Below are positions 25,366-36,735 of a stretch of DNA of 64,000 bases, one piece after another (position 1 is the stretch's first letter; each line of letters begins with the position of its first letter). A program made the position numbers and the translations under genes. The stretch is from Eledone cirrhosa. Its lineage: Eukaryota. The notes under the pieces were generated by a model that had not been told where the DNA came from, did no database searches, and was given only the letters and a program-made list of their open reading frames with translations. The stretch lies in NCBI GenBank assembly GCA_964016885.1, contig OZ024747.1:22196001-22260000 (forward strand). The letters run 5' to 3'.

Positions 25366-25739
25366 TTAAGGTAAATAAAAGAATATATCTCTGTTTTCTG
25401 TTTAATCAAAATAGCATTGTTGGTAAACATTTCAGGATCTTATAGTGTGTGTGTGTGGCTGTGGCACTAAGAAATTTGCTTCACAGTCACAAGGCTCTGG
25501 GTTTGATACCCCTGTACAGTTCCTTCAGCAAGTATTTTCTATTATTGTTCTCTGTTGATCCAAGCATCATGAAGGAAATTGTGTACTATGGAAATAATGT
25601 GGAAGCCACTTTTGATTTGATGGACTTTACATGAGATTTGAAAGGCGAGCCTCGCTACACATAGTGTCATATAGTCTCCCTGAGAAAATATATTAAGTAC
25701 ATATGCAAGTGTCTGGGGAATACCTAACCATTTACTGTA

Positions 25740-26281
25740 TGATGTATGCATACATACATAGGCATGTATGCATACATATATAGGCATGTATGCATACATA
25801 GGCATGTATGCATACATATGTAGGCATGTATACATATATAGGCATGTATGCATACATATATAGGTATGTATACATACATATATAGGCATGTATACATACA
25901 TATATAGGCATGTATACATACATATATAGGCAGGTGTGTATACATATGTAGGCATGTATGCATACATATATAGGCATGTATGCATACATATGTAGGCATG
26001 TATACATATATAGGCATGTATGCATACATATATAGGCATGTATGCATACATAGGCATGTATGCATATATACATATGCATGCATACATATGAAGGCATGCA
26101 CGCATACATATGAAGGCATGCACGCATACATATGTAAGCATGCAAGCATACATATGTAGGCATGCATGCATACATATGTAGGCATGCATGCATACATATG
26201 TAGGCATGCACACATACATATGTAGGCATGCATACATACATACGTAAGAATGCACACATACACAAGCATGCATGCATACAT
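25740..26281. repeat. Purine-pyrimidine minisatellite (~18-22 bp, aggcatgtatgcatacatatat)
   Basis: Direct inspection; explains the spurious minus-strand ORFs. Confidence 0.92.
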
Positions 26282-27162
26282 AGATAAATATAAGTTTACA
26301 TCCTTATCTCTGTGACACAAAAACAACAACCTTAGCATGTATATATACTTTACTATTTTATTCAATGACTCATCAAATCCTACACACTTTCAATGATTCA
26401 TGCAGAAAATGTCTTTTATACCAACACCTGATATTAGCAATAAAGGTGAGAATCAATGCATGCAGAATAAACCTAAACTCTCCTGTAAGAATCGATGACA
26501 AACACTAAATCACCGCAGACTGAGAAATAGTGAAATATCTGCAACTGCTACCATTAATCTAACATTGCTATGGTTTCCCTCTGTTCATAAATAATAGACT
26601 CACCCTTAATTATCCTTCAAAAATGCTCCCTTTTTTTTTTTTTCCTCTGTCTTTCTGTTCCTCCTTCTTTCTCACTTTCCCCATCTTCCTTTCACATGCT
26701 CTCTCTTCTCTCTCTCATTTACCCTTTCTATCTCCATTGACACAGTCATAGCTGTATTTTAAGAAGTTTCCTTCCCAACCATATGTGCTCAGCTTCAATC
26801 CTACTGTGGTTTTGAAATTCTCATGAGTGGAAAATATATTTATGAAGTTTTAGTATTTTGATATTTAAAATGTTTTAAGTGTCACTTAGAGTATAGTTTT
26901 TTATTTCACAACTCCATTACGTAATGATTTTGTACCAATTTCCAACTGCTTCGAAGGCCATATTCATTCAAAACATCAAAAGCAATAAGAAATATAAATT
27001 TCACATTGAAAGTGAAACCAGTGTAATATTCACCTCTTCAGTGAAAATAATTTAGCAACTCATTTATGTAGAATTTTGAAGATGGTGATAATCAGCAAAA
27101 TATTGACCCCGAATATAAGCTTACCCACATTTTACCATCTTTTTCTTTTTATTTATTAAAAT

Positions 27163-27355
27163 AAAAATCTCAGATACAAGTGTGTGACATCATTTTTACA
27201 TCCATTTTTTTCTATGCTAGCATAGGAAAAATCTCAGATACAAGTGTGTGACATCATTTTTACATCCATTTTTTTCTATGCTAGCATAGGAAAAATCTCA
27301 GATACAAGTGTGTGACATCATTTTTACATCCATTTTTTTTCTATGCTAGCATAGG
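27163..27355. repeat. Three tandem ~62-bp units containing a SINE-tail fragment
   Basis: aaaatctcagatacaagtgtgtgacatcatttttacatccatttttttctatgctagcatagg three times. Confidence 0.9.
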
Positions 27356-27765
27356 ATGGAACAATTTTTTTTATTTTTTTTTTTATTATATAGTAGGTTT
27401 TCTATAGCCAAACCTTTCCTGACACCAAGCCATACCATATTTCTTAATCCTTTCCTTATTATATTTCGATTGAAATATATTGTATTTCAATTAATGAATA
27501 AATTATGTTGGAAGATTTATATTTAAACAGGAACACTTTAAAATGAGTGGTTTTGTTTGAAGAGCCAATTTTAGTTGGGCTAGTATCAGGTTAAGGGTGG
27601 TATGTAACCGTTCATTTACTGCAGGACATTGTTTAAGGCGGGCATAAACAATTTTCCCCACTCACTTTTATGAAGTGTTATGGTGTCTATAGCAACTGGA
27701 ACACACATACACACATGCACACACATATATATAGAGAGAGAGAGAATGTGTGTGTAAGTATATAT

Positions 27766-27922
27766 TATCATCATCATCATTTAACGTCAATTTTACACAC
27801 TAACATGGGTAGGACAGGTTGACCCTTTGGGAGAGAATCGGGTCAGAGGACCGTGTCTCGCTCACCCAGGGCTGATTTTGGCTTGGTTTCTACAGCTGGA
27901 TGCCCTCCCTATCACCAACCAC
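27766..27922 (-). mobile_element. RTE-type 3' tail fragment (SINE or truncated LINE)
   Basis: (cat)n, tttaacgtc and tttctacagctggatgccct. Similar fragments at about 820, 7050-7270, 18115-18370, 33965-34205, 36000-36133, 46490-46610 and 50670-50800. Confidence 0.7.
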
Positions 27923-27928
27923 ATATGT

Positions 27929-30682
27929 ATCCCTCCCCCATGAAGAATGCACCTCCCAACATAGACTGATAATTAGCGACCTCATAGTCAGGACGAGACG
28001 TACTCGACAGCAGAAGAGGACTATCCTCAGGAGAAAAATATGGAAGCTAAAGGACCCCACAGCCAGAAATAAATTTCAAAGCATATTACTTGATGCTTTC
28101 GACAGTAAGGAAGAACATTTAGAGTCGGACAATATAGAGGGACAGTGGGAATTTCTGAAAGCAAACCTGCTGCTGGCGACAGACGAAGTCTGTGGCTGGA
28201 GCAGGCCTGTAGGCAGGAGGAGAGTAACATGGTGGTGGAACAGTAAGGTGGAGGGGTCAATTAAGGCCAAAAAGCAGGCTTGGAAAGTATGGCGGGATGG
28301 GGGAAGTAGAGTAGACTATCAAGTGGCCAGGAGGGAAGCTAGGAGAGAAGTGTACTTAGCAAGAAGGGAAGCTGAGGAAAGAAAGTTCAAGCATGTTCTA
28401 CAATGCGATGACCAAAAACGTGAGGTGTTCAGGATTGCTAGGCAATGCGTCAAGGAAAACCGTGATATTGTCGGGGAGAAGTGTGTACTTAACGATGATG
28501 GCATACTTGCCATCACCGACACTGATAAGAAGGTAGCTTGGAAGTGTCACTATGAAAGGCTACTAAATGAGGAGAATAAATGGGAGAAAGACAGTCTCCC
28601 CCATATCGACCCAATAGAGGGACCAGCAGTGTTAGTCGAGGGGAGTATAATAAGTAAGGCAATCAAGGATATGAAGACGGGTAAGGCGGCTGGGCCTTCG
28701 GAAATAGTTGCTGAGATGCTGAAGGCATCTGGCACGGTGGGACACACCATGGTCACCCGCATAGTTAACCAAGTCGTACAGAATGGGGTTGTTCCGAAGG
28801 ACTGGCATAGCAGCATCATCGTTAACTGTTATAAGGGTAAAGGAGACGCCCTAGATAGGAGTAACTATAGAGGCATTAAATTAATCGACCAGGTCATGAA
28901 GGTCACGGAAAAAGTAATAGCGCAACTAATCAGAGAGAGAATTGACCTAGATGAAATGCAGTTCGGGTTTGTGTCAGGCAAAAGTACCACAGACGCTCTT
29001 TTCATAGTACGACAACTACAGGAGAAGTACCTAGCTAAAGGTAAACCCCTCTACTTAGCTTTTGTCGACTTGGAGAAAGCCTTCGACAGAGTCCCCCGCT
29101 CCATTATCTGGTGGGCTCTTAGAAAACTAGGCGTTTACGAATGGCTTGTGAGGGCTATACAAGCCATGTATAAAGAAACAGTCAGCAAGGTTAGAATTAA
29201 CAACGAATATAGTGAAGAGTTTAGCGTAAAAGTTGGCGTCCATCAGGGCTCTGTTCTCAGCCCCCTACTATTTATTATTGCCCTTCAGGCTATAACAGAG
29301 GAGTTCAAGACAGGCTGCCCATGGGAACTCCTATACGCAGACAACCTGACACTCATAGCGGAATCAATGGCCGAGCTAGAGAAGAAATTCCAAACATGGA
29401 AGCACGGCCTAGAGTCAAAAGGACTTAAAATTAACCTGGCTAAGACCAAAGTTCTAGTTTGTAGGAAAGAAAACAAGGCGGCGGTCCCTTCTGGGAAATG
29501 GTCGTGCTCGGTGTGTAGGAAAGGCGTAGGTAGAAACTCCATTTTATGTCCTAAATGCAAAGTATGGGTGCATAAAAGATGTAGTGGGATCACAGGTAAG
29601 CTAACTAAGAACATAGATTTTACATGTGGCCGGTGTTCTGGTGCAATAAGTAGCAGCAAGTGCCCACAAAATACTAGCTCTTTCAATTGCGCAGAGGGTT
29701 CTATAGAAATAGTGGACAGCTTCCGTTACCTGGGCGATAAAATCAGCAGTGAGGGAGGGTGCTCTGAAAGTACTGTAGCTAGAGTCAGAACTGGTTGGAA
29801 AAAGTTCAGAGAGCTTATACCACTATTAGCTGCTAAAGGGTTCTCCCTAAAAATGAAAGGCAGGTTGTACGATGCCTGCATACGAACAGCAATGTTGCAT
29901 GGCAGTGAGACCTGGGCATTGTGTGCAGAGGATATACGCAGACTAGAGAGGAATGAAGCTTGCATGCTCCGCTGGATGTGTAACAGTAATATACGTGAAC
30001 GGCAAAGCAGAAACAAACTAAGGAAAAAATTAGAGATAAGAGGGATCAGATGTTGTTTACTCGAGAGAAGGCTACGTTGGTATGGACACGTGATGCGCAT
30101 GAAAGTCGATAGCTGTATAACAAAGTGCAGGGCAATAAAGATAGACGGTAGTCTCGGAATAGGCAGACCTAGAAAAACCTGGGACGAGCTGATAAACTCC
30201 GACATCACACACTTACACCTCTCCAAGACAATGTCACTGGACCGAGACCTTTGGCGGTACTCAGTAACAGAGAAGACCCGCCTTACCTAAATATATATAG
30301 TAAAACCTACTCCAGCCAGTAGGAATCTCTAACAAAATACACCCCGTCCCACCACCACCACCCCCACCCCATCCACACCACCCCGTTCTATGTAAAGTTA
30401 TGTTGGTGCCGCGCCATCCAGGCCGAAACAAATGAGATCGTGTAGGTATCACGACAAAAAAACACACAGTCCACGCTGTAATGTGGCCGTGTAGGCAACA
30501 CGGTAAAAACCTCCCAGACCCACACTGTAAATGTGGTTGGTGTTAGGAAGGGCATCCAACTGTAGAAAACCTGCCAGACAGTCCTATGCGAGCAAGACAA
30601 TCACTCTTGCCTCAAGTGGGACTACCCCCGTCCAAACCCATGCAAGCGTGGAACACGGACGTTAAACGTTGATGATGATGAT
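27929..30682 (+). mobile_element. 5'-truncated copy of the same RTE LINE; uninterrupted ORF to 30290 but catalytic YADD changed to YADN
   Basis: Homology to the minus copy starts at 27929. RT motifs GVHQGSVLSPLLF, YADN, FRYLG, GRPRKTW; 3' UTR ends in (gat)n. The Met at 27900 comes from an adjacent element. Confidence 0.93.
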
Positions 30683-30762
30683 ATATATATATATCATCAT
30701 AATCTGTTTTTCTATGCTCACATGAGTTGTATTTATATATGTGTGTATGTACATATGCTCAT

Positions 30763-31101
30763 GTGGTTAGAGCATTGGCTTTGCAATCGAAAGGTTGTGA
30801 GTTCAATTCTCATACCGGGTGATGTGTTGTTTCCTTGAACAAGACACTTTATTTCACATTGCTCCAGTTTACTCAGCTGTAGAAATGAGATGATAGGGAC
30901 TGGGGTCCCTATCATTCCACTGTAAAGTGGTCGTGTAGGTGCCACGGCAAAAAAAAGCACCCAGCACTCACTGTAAATGAGGTTGGTGTTAGAAAGGGCA
31001 TCCAGCTGTAGAAATCAAGCCAGCATCAGTTCCCGTCCCACCCTTGCAAGCAGGGAAAAGCGGACGTAAAATAAAATGAAATGATGATGATGATGATGAT
31101 G
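30763..31101 (+). mobile_element. CORE-type SINE (same family as 50249), slightly 5'-truncated
   Basis: Near-identical to 50249-50585. Confidence 0.85.
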
Positions 31102-31674
31102 ATGCTCACATGAGTTGTATTTATATATGTGTGTATGTACATATGCTCACATGAGTTGTATTTATATATGTGTGTATGTACATATGCTCACTATAAAATT
31201 CCAGAGTACTATATATTATTTATTAATTACTAGATATTCTTGTTTATGTTACAACTAGTTTCACCATAACATGGCTCTCTCAATGCAAATGAAACAATGG
31301 GTCTTACGTTACATTGCCTGAAGAGCCATATTATGGTGAAATTCATTGTTGGAATACAAAATGTAATATCCAGCCATTACTATGTTTGTGTGTGTATGTT
31401 TATATATATATATATATAATAAAAAATCTGAGGCCATATTCATTTGGTTAAGGTCATTATATGTATTTTGCTGAGTTATGACAGCCTGAGCTCCTTTAGA
31501 CACTAAACCTATAAAACAATGAAATTTTGTATAAAGCCTTTAAGTTTGGGAAAGGTTTACTTTTCTTGATACTGAGGGCCGGTCGGATGATGTTCCTCAA
31601 TGGTCAACCCCTGTACTACTTCACAGACCATTATGTAGTCCACTCTCATCCCTGTTTGGTTAACCCCTTACTAT

Positions 31675-32020
31675 CATCATCATTTCATCATCATCATCAT
31701 TTTACGTCCGCTTTTCCCTGCTTGCAAGGGTGGGACGGGAACTGATTCTTGCTTGATTTCTACAGCTGGATGCCCTTCCTAACACCAACCTCATTTACAG
31801 TGAGTGCTGGGTGCTTTTTTCCGTGGCACCTACACGTCCACTTTACAGTGGAATGATATGGACCCCAGTCCCTATCATCTCATTTCTACAGCTGAGTAAA
31901 CTGGAGCAATGTGAAATAAAGTGTCTTGCTCAAGGAAACAACACATCACCCGGTCTGAGAATTGAACTCACAACCTTTCGATTGCAAAGCCAATGCTCTA
32001 ACCACTAAGCCATGTGCCCC
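31675..32020 (-). mobile_element. CORE-type SINE (same family), inverted
   Basis: Reverse complement of 50249-50585; ~11-bp target duplication ccccttactat at 31664-31674 and 32018-32028. Confidence 0.85.
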
Positions 32021-32140
32021 CTTACTATAATTATATATATAGGTAGATACTTTGTTTCTGTCTTCCTATTTCTCTATCTTTATTTTTCATTTGTCTCTGT
32101 ATCTATGTTTGTCCACATCAACCATTCAGATCTCTGTTTA

Positions 32141-32276
32141 CTATTTCCCTTCTATTCTCTCAATCTATTCCATATTTCCCTTCTATTCTCTCAATCTATT
32201 CCATATTTCCCTTCTATTCTCTCAATCTATTCCATATTTCCCTTCTATTCTCTCAATCTATTCCATATTTCCCTTC
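32141..32276. repeat. 31-bp pyrimidine-rich tandem repeat, about 4 units
   Basis: ccatatttcccttctattctctcaatctatt units immediately upstream of exon 32317. Confidence 0.92.
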
Positions 32277-32316
32277 TTTCTCTTTGTTTCAACCTGCTAT
32301 TCTCTAAATATTTCAG

Positions 32317-32409
32317 ATCAAACTTGTAAATATTCGAGCTGATGAAATAGTTGATGGAAACCCAAAACTAACTCTAGGACTAATATGGACTATTATTCTA
32401 CATTTTCAA
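32317..32409 (+). CDS. Spectraplakin exon, CH1 part 3: [31 protein letters not shown]
   Basis: tttcag acceptor and gtgagt donor; 93 nt, phase 0/0. [19 protein letters not shown] is the actinin-type ABD signature. Confidence 0.97.
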
Positions 32410-33199
32410 GTGAGTACTTTCTCTTATTTCCAACTTAATTGAATCCCTGAAAAAAAGTTATTTCCTTTTTGTCTCCTTTTGCATCTTTCTAAGTTCTATA
32501 TATATATTTTTTTTCATTTACCAATAATTTTCCTTTTTTGTTATATTAGGACAACATGACCCTCCCCAAATACAACAATATCTGTTTTAACACAATTTCA
32601 TATAAAAAAAAAAAAAACCTTGCAAAACCAAATGCATCACCACTTTGCTTTTTTCTTTTCTGTTTTAGCATGGGTTTGGTAGTTATTCACATTTAAACAT
32701 TTAAATAGATCTTGGATTAAAGCATTTTGTTATAATTTGTGGTAGACTTAATCTATTGTGCAGTTGAACACTGCTATCTAATCCTTGAGTATTTTTAGAA
32801 TAGTACTGTCTGTTGCAAATATTCAGACCAGCTCTCTCATTTGCGCATTACTTAATATCTGTATTTGCTGCTTCGTCAACAGAGTCTATTCTGTTGCAAG
32901 TATTAAAACCAACTCTCATCTGAGGATAACTTGATATTTTAATTTGTGGTAGAGTTAATCCATTGTGTAATTCAATACTATCATCTGATCCGTAAGTACA
33001 TTTAGCAGAATCCATTTTGTTGCAAGCACTCTGACAAGCTCTCTCATCTGAGGATAACTCAATATCTTTATTTGCTCTTTCCGACTGCAGCAACTCATTA
33101 GTCATGGTTCCTTCCCTCCTCTAACCTTACTCTTCCTCGTTTTACACTACAACTCTCCAATACCTTGCAAATGTATGTCTGTTGCTCTTCCTCCTGTAA

Positions 33200-33398
33200 G
33201 CCATAGCTATATGGGGAAACCTTTCATGTGAAACTAAGACCTCAACAAAGGTTGTGAGAGCTGATCTTAAATCACTGAAGCTCACAAAGAAGATAGTGAG
33301 GGACCACAACGAAGGGAGAAATGTTATGCTGGAAAAGACCCGTCCAACCCATACAAGCATGGAAAAGCAGACATAAAATAATAATGATGATGATGATA
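33200..33398 (+). mobile_element. Degenerate RTE 3' end fragment
   Basis: gaaaagacccgtccaacccatacaagcatggaaaagcagacataaaa followed by (gat)n, like the RTE C-terminus and tail. Confidence 0.5.
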
Positions 33399-35856
33399 TG
33401 CATATAACATATATCTATGCTCATTTTTATCCAGCTGTTCCTTGTAGCAAATCTGTAATAATTTTTCTTCTATGACCCATCCCCAAAATCAGTTTCTGTT
33501 TTCGGAATATTCTTCCAGAATTTACTTCCAGAATATTCTTACAGAATTTACTTAGTTTTTTGTTCTGTTTGACTTTATTAACTGTTGTACACGCCAAGAA
33601 ATTTAGATATTGATTTAGAGTAGTTACTATTTCTGAAGCAGACATTTTAATGTCTGTAATAAAGAAGATAAGGAGAATGTTGATGAGGTTGAATAATAAT
33701 GAGTTAGGTGGTGGTTAGGAGGAGGGGGGGGGGGGTTAATGTTAGTTCTGGCCTGTAATAATGATATAATATAATCAACAAATTATTATCACTACTATTA
33801 AGAATGGTGGAGTGTTCCAGCTGTAAATGTGTACCTAAGGATAGACACCTGCTTGTTTTTATAAGAAACTTCCTGATTCTCACAATAAAATAATTTCCTC
33901 TATGTTTGAGAAGAGAAAGAAAAGAAAAAGTTATATAAAAAAATAAGTATTACACATCCTTTCTTATCATCATCATTTGATGTCTGTTTTTCCTGCTAGC
34001 AAAGGTTGGACAAGTCTTCACAGACTGAATCAATGCTCAAGTAGAGCTATTGACCACTTAGATTCGGATGGAGATCAGTATCTTATTTATATACATTCTA
34101 CCAAGTGCATTTTATCATGACATCGGCACTAGGGAGGTTCTTTAACACAGCTGAAGTGTCTTTGTGACTTTATTTTGACAGGTTTTCTTTAGCCGGATGC
34201 CATTCATATCATTAATAAGACTTATCATTGTATTATATTAAAATAGAATTTATTTAAATTAATAAGCATTCATATTTTATCTCTTTATCTATAACTGGAC
34301 ATAAAACATTACTTCTTTCTATATTGTAAGTGAGGACAGGAAAATGAACATAGGTTTATATGTCTAGAATGTGTATTTAGATTTTTTTAAATGGAGAATA
34401 TTCTAAAATTAACTAAGCTAAAGAAAATACTCTTAAACAGAATGGTAACATATATTAACGCATAAAATTAAGTAGATAGAAATTGAGTCTTATGCAAACA
34501 ATGTAACTAAGCTGGTGTACAGAGTGAGTTATAAAGTATTTTAGCCCTTTCATCACTATATTTCTAACGAAGTATATACAGTTTAAATTAAGGAATTTAC
34601 TAAAATTATTATTTCATTACTAAATTAGTAACTTAATGCATAGTTCTAATATAAGATTATGCTGGAAAATTTTAAGATGGGTGGGGTTTTTTTTCATAGG
34701 TCTAGAGCTGGTTTGGGACATTGGTATCAAAAGGGTTAAAGATATATAATAATTTCTAATTTAGGCACAAGACCAGTATTTATGGTAAGAGATAAATCGA
34801 TTAAATCAACCTCAATATTTGACTAGTACTTGATTTGAACTCTCAATGTAAAGAGCCGAGAGAAATACCTCAAAGCCCATGCTTTAATTATTCTTTTTAT
34901 TTTATATCTAAAGATATATAAAAAGGTAAGGGATGCATTCATAGAGTTGTAGATTATTCTGGCATAGAGTAAGGAGTTTATTTCATTGGCCATTCTAATG
35001 TAAAGCAAAGAAAAGATTAAACTTGTTTGGTGCAGTTAACATTTTCAGTTCAGTGTACACTGAGATATATCCATCCCCAGTCAGGCAGTTCCAAATTATG
35101 AAATTACCAAAGTAGAAGGGATGGGCATGTTTTTAATGTGAAATGATTGGATGAGAAACCCAGCAGGGTTGCAATAAGGTAGGTGCAGCTTGTTGATTTA
35201 GAATAGTGGGATAGTGTTTTATAGCCCTAAAGAGCTACCAATGTAGATGTAGAAGAAGCATCATAAGATGGGGGGGTATAGCTTACTTATAAAGTAGATA
35301 CAACTCATAAGTGAAGACTATTAGCAGATAGATATTTTGGTGAGAAGAGAGAGATATAGTTAAGAATAATAAATAATTACCAAATAATGTTTCATAATAT
35401 ATTTAGTATTTTATAATTAGATAGGTTTGATAAATTGTGCATATATAGTGGCGTTTATACTGCTTTGCTAATTATTTTGGTTATGTTATAAGAGGGAGGG
35501 GAGGTTGTGCTGGAAAAGACCCATACAACCATGGAAGAACAGACATAAAAAAATGATAATGATGATAAAAAAAGTATTGTCAAATTTTACATAGGAGACA
35601 TTAAGTTTACTTCCAGCTTACATGATTGCTATTTTGTTGTTTTACTGTTTTACTACTTGAAAAAAAAAAAAAAAAAAATGAATGCCAGATGCTTGTCAGC
35701 AATATAATAATTATATATGTTTCTCTGTGTGTGTTTACATAGACACATATTATTTCAGAGGAACAAAGTCTAACATGGAATAAAGTGTGTAATGTGGATA
35801 ATTGAAATAGATTGAAATCAGACATCATATTATCTTTTACTAGAAAGATGACTTAA

Positions 35857-36210
35857 CACTTTTGATACCAACCCACCTAAAACCAGATCTGGTTCTTTGA
35901 AACAAAACAACACATTTTATAGGGTTTCTGTTTAAATTAAAACCTTCCAGCATAATTTGGTATAAGAATATTTTGTAATGTTAAAAATACTATTATAATG
36001 AGGTTGGTGTTAGGAAGGGCATCCAGCTGTAGAAATCAAGCCAAAATCAGTTCCATATGACCTGGCATTGCCCACAACAGGACAGCCCATCTAGCATGAA
36101 AGAATGGATGTAAAACGGTGATGATGATGATGATCATCATAAATTTAGCAAATCCATCAAGTTCATCATTAATTGAAATGTATTTCATTAGAAATATGGT
36201 AAGAAAAGGG
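35857..36210. mobile_element. Older TTAA-flanked MITE family B, interrupted by an RTE-tail fragment
   Basis: ttaacacttttgatacc ... atatggtaagaaaaggg. Related copies at about 6120-6350, 8680-8935, 20480-20732, 34545-34735, 45600-45812, 49060-49300, 51620-51835, 58997-59250 and 62768. Confidence 0.6.
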
Positions 36211-36735
36211 TTTAAAAGAATTGATGAGGTTAGGAAAATTTTAATGGGATCCTAGTTCAGTAAGCCAGTGTAAAAGTTTGCCAAAGAAGGCAGACCTTAA
36301 AGTGGAATTGAAAATGGCCATGAGAAAAATCCCCTGGGGAGCAAGTGAGAAGATGAGGCAATTTTTGAAGATCTTTCAAACTCATGCCTGATTGAAGACG
36401 GAGAAAACATATGGTAGTAATGAGGATAGGATGGGGTTACTATTTCCATAGCAGTAACCTTAAACATCAGAACATATAAGCTTTTCCAAAAGATTATTCA
36501 GTTCTACTTGTGTTACGGAGGAGCTAGAGAAAATCTTATATTGCCTTCAACATCTAAATATAAACAACTCAAGAGAGAGAAAGAGAGAGAGTTCCACAAT
36601 AAATTAGCAAATGATACCGAACTCGTCCTCTGGACTGAGTGCTCTACTTACCAGGAATATAGCCTGCCGTTTTTTTTACCACTATATATATATATATATA
36701 TATATAATGTGTGTGTGTAGATATATATAAATAAG

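Noticed and set aside
25542-26365. Three overlapping long minus-strand ORFs rich in C/M/Y/H
   Set aside because: Translations of a purine-pyrimidine minisatellite, open in all three frames.
27900-27928. ATG start of the 796-aa ORF as a genuine or domesticated gene start
   Set aside because: The first ~10 codons come from an adjacent inverted repeat tail; the rest is a truncated LINE with a mutated active site.
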